DNA of 19,281 nt. Source: Candidatus Nanohaloarchaea archaeon (GTDB taxonomy: Archaea > Nanohalarchaeota > Nanosalinia > Nanosalinales > Nanosalinaceae). Numbering within the stretch: the stretch's first letter is position 1; each line of letters begins with the position of its first letter. The stretch covers positions 6,110-25,390 of the forward strand of contig JBDGRE010000015.1 in the NCBI GenBank assembly GCA_042218325.1, written 5' to 3'. The position numbers were made by a program, and so were the translations under genes. Shown piece by piece: positions 16,611 through 19,281 of the stretch. The notes under the pieces were generated by a model. The model saw nothing but the letters and a program-made list of their open reading frames with translations, was not told the origin of the DNA and did not search any database.

Positions 16611-16618
16611 TTTTAAAA
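16611..16618 (+). promoter_or_regulatory. TATA box for the EF-2 gene
   Basis: TTTTAAAA ~40 nt upstream of ATG 16660; SD-like GAGGT at 16647-16651. Confidence 0.6.
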
Positions 16619-16659
16619 CTTAGAACTGCTTTCATCCACATAATCAGAGGTATCAACAA

Positions 16660-18846
16660 ATGTCTGACAAAGAACTCGAGGCCATAGAGCAGGTCTTCAA
16701 AGACCCCGAACACATACGAAACATCGCTATCGCCGCCCATATCGACCACGGCAAGACAACGCTTACAGACAACCTTCTCGCCCGTGCAGGCATGATATCC
16801 GACAAACTCGCCGGCGACCAGCGGTTCATGGACTTCGACGAGCAGGAAGCAGAGCGCGGGATTACGATCTATTCCGCAAACATCTCTATGGTTCACGACT
16901 ACGAGGGCGAGGACCACCTCATCAACCTTATCGACACACCAGGCCACGTCGACTTCGGAGGAGACGTCACGCGGGCGATGCGTGCTGTCGACGGCGTAGT
17001 AGTGCTGGTTGACGCTGTCGACGGCGTCATGCCACAGACCGAGACCGTCATGAAGCAGGCGCTGAACGAGGGAGTCAAACCTGTTCTGTTCATCAACAAG
17101 GTCGACCGGCTCATCGAGGAGATGCAGCTGACACCCGAAGAGATGCAGGAGCGCTTCAAAAACATAATAAGAGAGGTCAACACCGCGCTGAGGAAGTACG
17201 CGGACGAAGAAACCGCGGAGGAATGGAAGATGAAGGTCGACGACGGAACCGTCGCGTTCGGCTCCGCCCTGAAGAACTGGGCCATCTCCGTACCCTATAT
17301 GCAGGAGACAGGTATCACGTTCGGCGACATAATCGACCGGGTCAACGAAGGAGACCACGAGGGCCTCCGAGAAGAGGCCCCTATCGAGGAAGTCGTACTG
17401 GACATGGTAGTCCAGCACCTCATCAACCCGAGAGAGGCAGCGAAGAACCGCATCGAGCACGTATGGCCGGGTGAAGTCGAGTCGGAGATAGGCCAGTCGA
17501 TGCAGAAGCAGGACCCGGACGGCCCCCTCGTGGGAGTCGTCACGAACGTAGAGGACGACGAGCACGCGGGAACCATCGTTACCGCCCGGCTGTTCTCGGG
17601 AACAGTACACGAGGGCGACGAGCTGTACGGCCTCGGCTCCCAGAAAACGGAGCGGGCGCAGCAGGTAGGTATCTACTCCGGGCCCAGGAAGCTTACAGTA
17701 GACGAGGTCCCGGCGGGCAACATCGCCGCCATCACGGGTCCCGACTTCTCCACCGGAGAGACGTTCATACTGAGGGGAGAGGACGAGATACAGGCATTCG
17801 AGCAGATCGAGCACGTCTTCGAGCCGGTGGTCACGAAGTCCATCGAGCCCAAGAGGACGAGCGACCTGCCGAAGCTCATCGAGGCGCTTAGAAAGCGCGC
17901 AAAAGAGGATAACACTATCAAGGTCGATATCGACGAGGAGACCGGGGAAACACTTGTCTCTGGACTCGGAGAGCTCCACATCGAGGCCAAGGTCGAGCGC
18001 TACCTCGAGGAACAGGGTATCGACATCCAGGTCTCCGAGCCTATCGTCGTGTTCCGGGAAGGAATCGACGACGCGTCCCCGGAAGTCATCGGGAAATCCC
18101 CGAACCGGCACAACCAGCTGGAGATCTCCGTCGAGCCTATAGACGAGGACGTGCGCAAGTTCATCAAGGAAGAGTACGAGGAAGTCGCGAGGAACGCAGA
18201 CGAGCAGCACGAGATACGGGACGCACTCATCGAGGCAGGAATGGACAAGGAAGAGGCCGACAACATCATGGAGGTCTACGAGGAGAACGTCTTCATCAAC
18301 GCCTCAAGAGGCATCAAGAACCTCCGGGAGATCAAGGAGTACCTGGTGGACGCGTTCCACGAGTTCTGCGACGAGGGGCCGATGGCGAACGAACCGGTTA
18401 TCGGGCTCAAGGTAAAGCTGCACGACGCCAGCCTCCACGAGGACGCAATCCACCGTGGCCCGGCACAGATGATACCCGCCACAAAGGGCGCTATCAAAAA
18501 CGGCTTCCTGCAGGCCCAGCCACAGCTCATCGAGCCAAAGCAGATCCTCCGCATCGACACCCCGTCCGACACGATGGGCGACGCGATGACAGTGGTCAAC
18601 AACCGTAGAGGTGACGTCGTAGACATGGATGAGGAAGGAGACTCCGCCATCATCCGGTGCAAGCTGCCGGTGGAGGAGCTTTTCGGCTTCGAGGCCGCAC
18701 TGAAGTCCGCGACCAACGGCAAGGGCTTCTACTCGCTCATCGATCTGGTCTTCAAGCCGCTGCCGATGAACCTCCAAGAGCAGAAGATCATGGAGATCCG
18801 GGAGCGCAAGGGCATGAAGCAGGAGATGCCGAGCCTCGAGGAGTAG
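16660..18846 (+). CDS. fusA: Translation elongation factor 2 (aEF-2)
   Basis: AHIDHGKTT, ERGITI, DTPGHVDF, NKVD, GLGELH, and the diphthamide loop HEDAIHRGPAQ. Confidence 0.98.
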   Translation: MSDKELEAIEQVFKDPEHIRNIAIAAHIDHGKTTLTDNLLARAGMISDKLAGDQRFMDFDEQEAERGITIYSANISMVHDYEGEDHLINLIDTPGHVDFGGDVTRAMRAVDGVVVLVDAVDGVMPQTETVMKQALNEGVKPVLFINKVDRLIEEMQLTPEEMQERFKNIIREVNTALRKYADEETAEEWKMKVDDGTVAFGSALKNWAISVPYMQETGITFGDIIDRVNEGDHEGLREEAPIEEVVLDMVVQHLINPREAAKNRIEHVWPGEVESEIGQSMQKQDPDGPLVGVVTNVEDDEHAGTIVTARLFSGTVHEGDELYGLGSQKTERAQQVGIYSGPRKLTVDEVPAGNIAAITGPDFSTGETFILRGEDEIQAFEQIEHVFEPVVTKSIEPKRTSDLPKLIEALRKRAKEDNTIKVDIDEETGETLVSGLGELHIEAKVERYLEEQGIDIQVSEPIVVFREGIDDASPEVIGKSPNRHNQLEISVEPIDEDVRKFIKEEYEEVARNADEQHEIRDALIEAGMDKEEADNIMEVYEENVFINASRGIKNLREIKEYLVDAFHEFCDEGPMANEPVIGLKVKLHDASLHEDAIHRGPAQMIPATKGAIKNGFLQAQPQLIEPKQILRIDTPSDTMGDAMTVVNNRRGDVVDMDEEGDSAIIRCKLPVEELFGFEAALKSATNGKGFYSLIDLVFKPLPMNLQEQKIMEIRERKGMKQEMPSLEE

Positions 18847-18881
18847 AAACTCCTTTACATTTTTCCCCCTATTATTTCTAC

Positions 18882-19181
18882 ATGCAGGGGCAGCTATCAG
18901 AAGTGCAGAAGGACGTTTACTGGTTCGACAACATACCAGATAGAAATATAGAGAAGGTCTATAGGCTGAAAGGCAGTTCCGACCTGGACTACGACACTAT
19001 CTTTACTGTCCTTGAGTACGCGGATAGGCTCTGGGACGACGGAGAAAGGTTCTCGAACGACACGCAGGAAGAGTATAGGCAGGAGCTTCTGGACAGCCTC
19101 ACAGAGGAATCCGTAAGCGACCTGGTGGAGGCGGCCTGGCGCGACGCGACCTTCGGAATCCGCGGCAGAAAAATGCAGTAG
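18882..19181 (+). CDS. Small acidic hypothetical protein (99 aa)
   Basis: ATG 18882 follows a pyrimidine-rich gap with TATA-like TTTACA at 18854-18859. The product is D/E-rich (MQGQLSEVQKDVYWFD...RGRKMQ) and fills the EF-2/EF-1a gap. Confidence 0.7.
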   Translation: MQGQLSEVQKDVYWFDNIPDRNIEKVYRLKGSSDLDYDTIFTVLEYADRLWDDGERFSNDTQEEYRQELLDSLTEESVSDLVEAAWRDATFGIRGRKMQ

Positions 19182-19199
19182 CCTTCAAGTACGACACCC

Positions 19200-19242
19200 T
19201 TTTTAAAGTTTTAAGGAGCAATCGCTGTATATACGCAGGTGA
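19200..19242 (+). promoter_or_regulatory. TATA box and SD for EF-1alpha
   Basis: TTTTTAAAG at 19200-19208; AGGTGA at 19237-19242. Confidence 0.7.
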
Positions 19243-19248
19243 CAAAAT

Positions 19249-19281
19249 ATGGCAGATAAACCGCACATGAACCTAGTATTC
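19249..19281 (+). CDS. tuf: Elongation factor 1-alpha, N-terminus (truncated by the window end)
   Basis: MADKPHMNLVF matches the aEF-1alpha N-terminus (KPHxNLxxIGH); expected position after EF-2. Confidence 0.85.
   Translation, partial: MADKPHMNLVF

Noticed and set aside
16372-18210. 612-aa antisense ORF (also 6277-7470, 13396-14304, 12421-13245 and other long opposite-strand ORFs)
   Set aside because: These are shadows of conserved genes: GAC/GAG-rich codon usage gives stop-poor, V/L-rich reverse frames. No motifs or promoters.
18657-18881. Extended N-terminus of ORF 18657-19181 overlapping EF-2 (likewise the extended starts at 12253, 13420, 15471 and 15886)
   Set aside because: Downstream ATGs fit the SD/TATA positions and the expected N-termini better.

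Overview
Archaeal core-genome window from an extreme halophile (strongly Asp/Glu-rich proteins, TATA-box promoters, many leaderless genes). The divergent RNAP, S12 and EF-1a sequences suggest Nanohaloarchaeota/DPANN; this is an inference, not a database result. Gene order: intron-containing tRNA-Lys(CTT) embedded in duplicated tRNA fragments and GAAG/CTTC hairpins; DUF456-like membrane protein; TIP49/RuvB-like AAA+ ATPase; a frameshifted small acidic ORF; an asparagine-synthetase-like/diphthine-ammonia-ligase (Dph6) fusion; divergent nucS and radC; rpoH-rpoB''-rpoB'-rpoA'-rpoA''-nusA (no rpl30e); an amber-interrupted AarF/UbiB kinase; rps12-rps7-EF-2; a small orphan; and the start of EF-1alpha. 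The most unusual signals are the nested tRNA-Lys locus (71-407) with its hairpin family, the glutaminase/AsnB-Dph6 fusion near its EF-2 substrate gene, radical substitutions in the RNAP bridge helix and trigger loop, and two single-lesion-interrupted ORFs.
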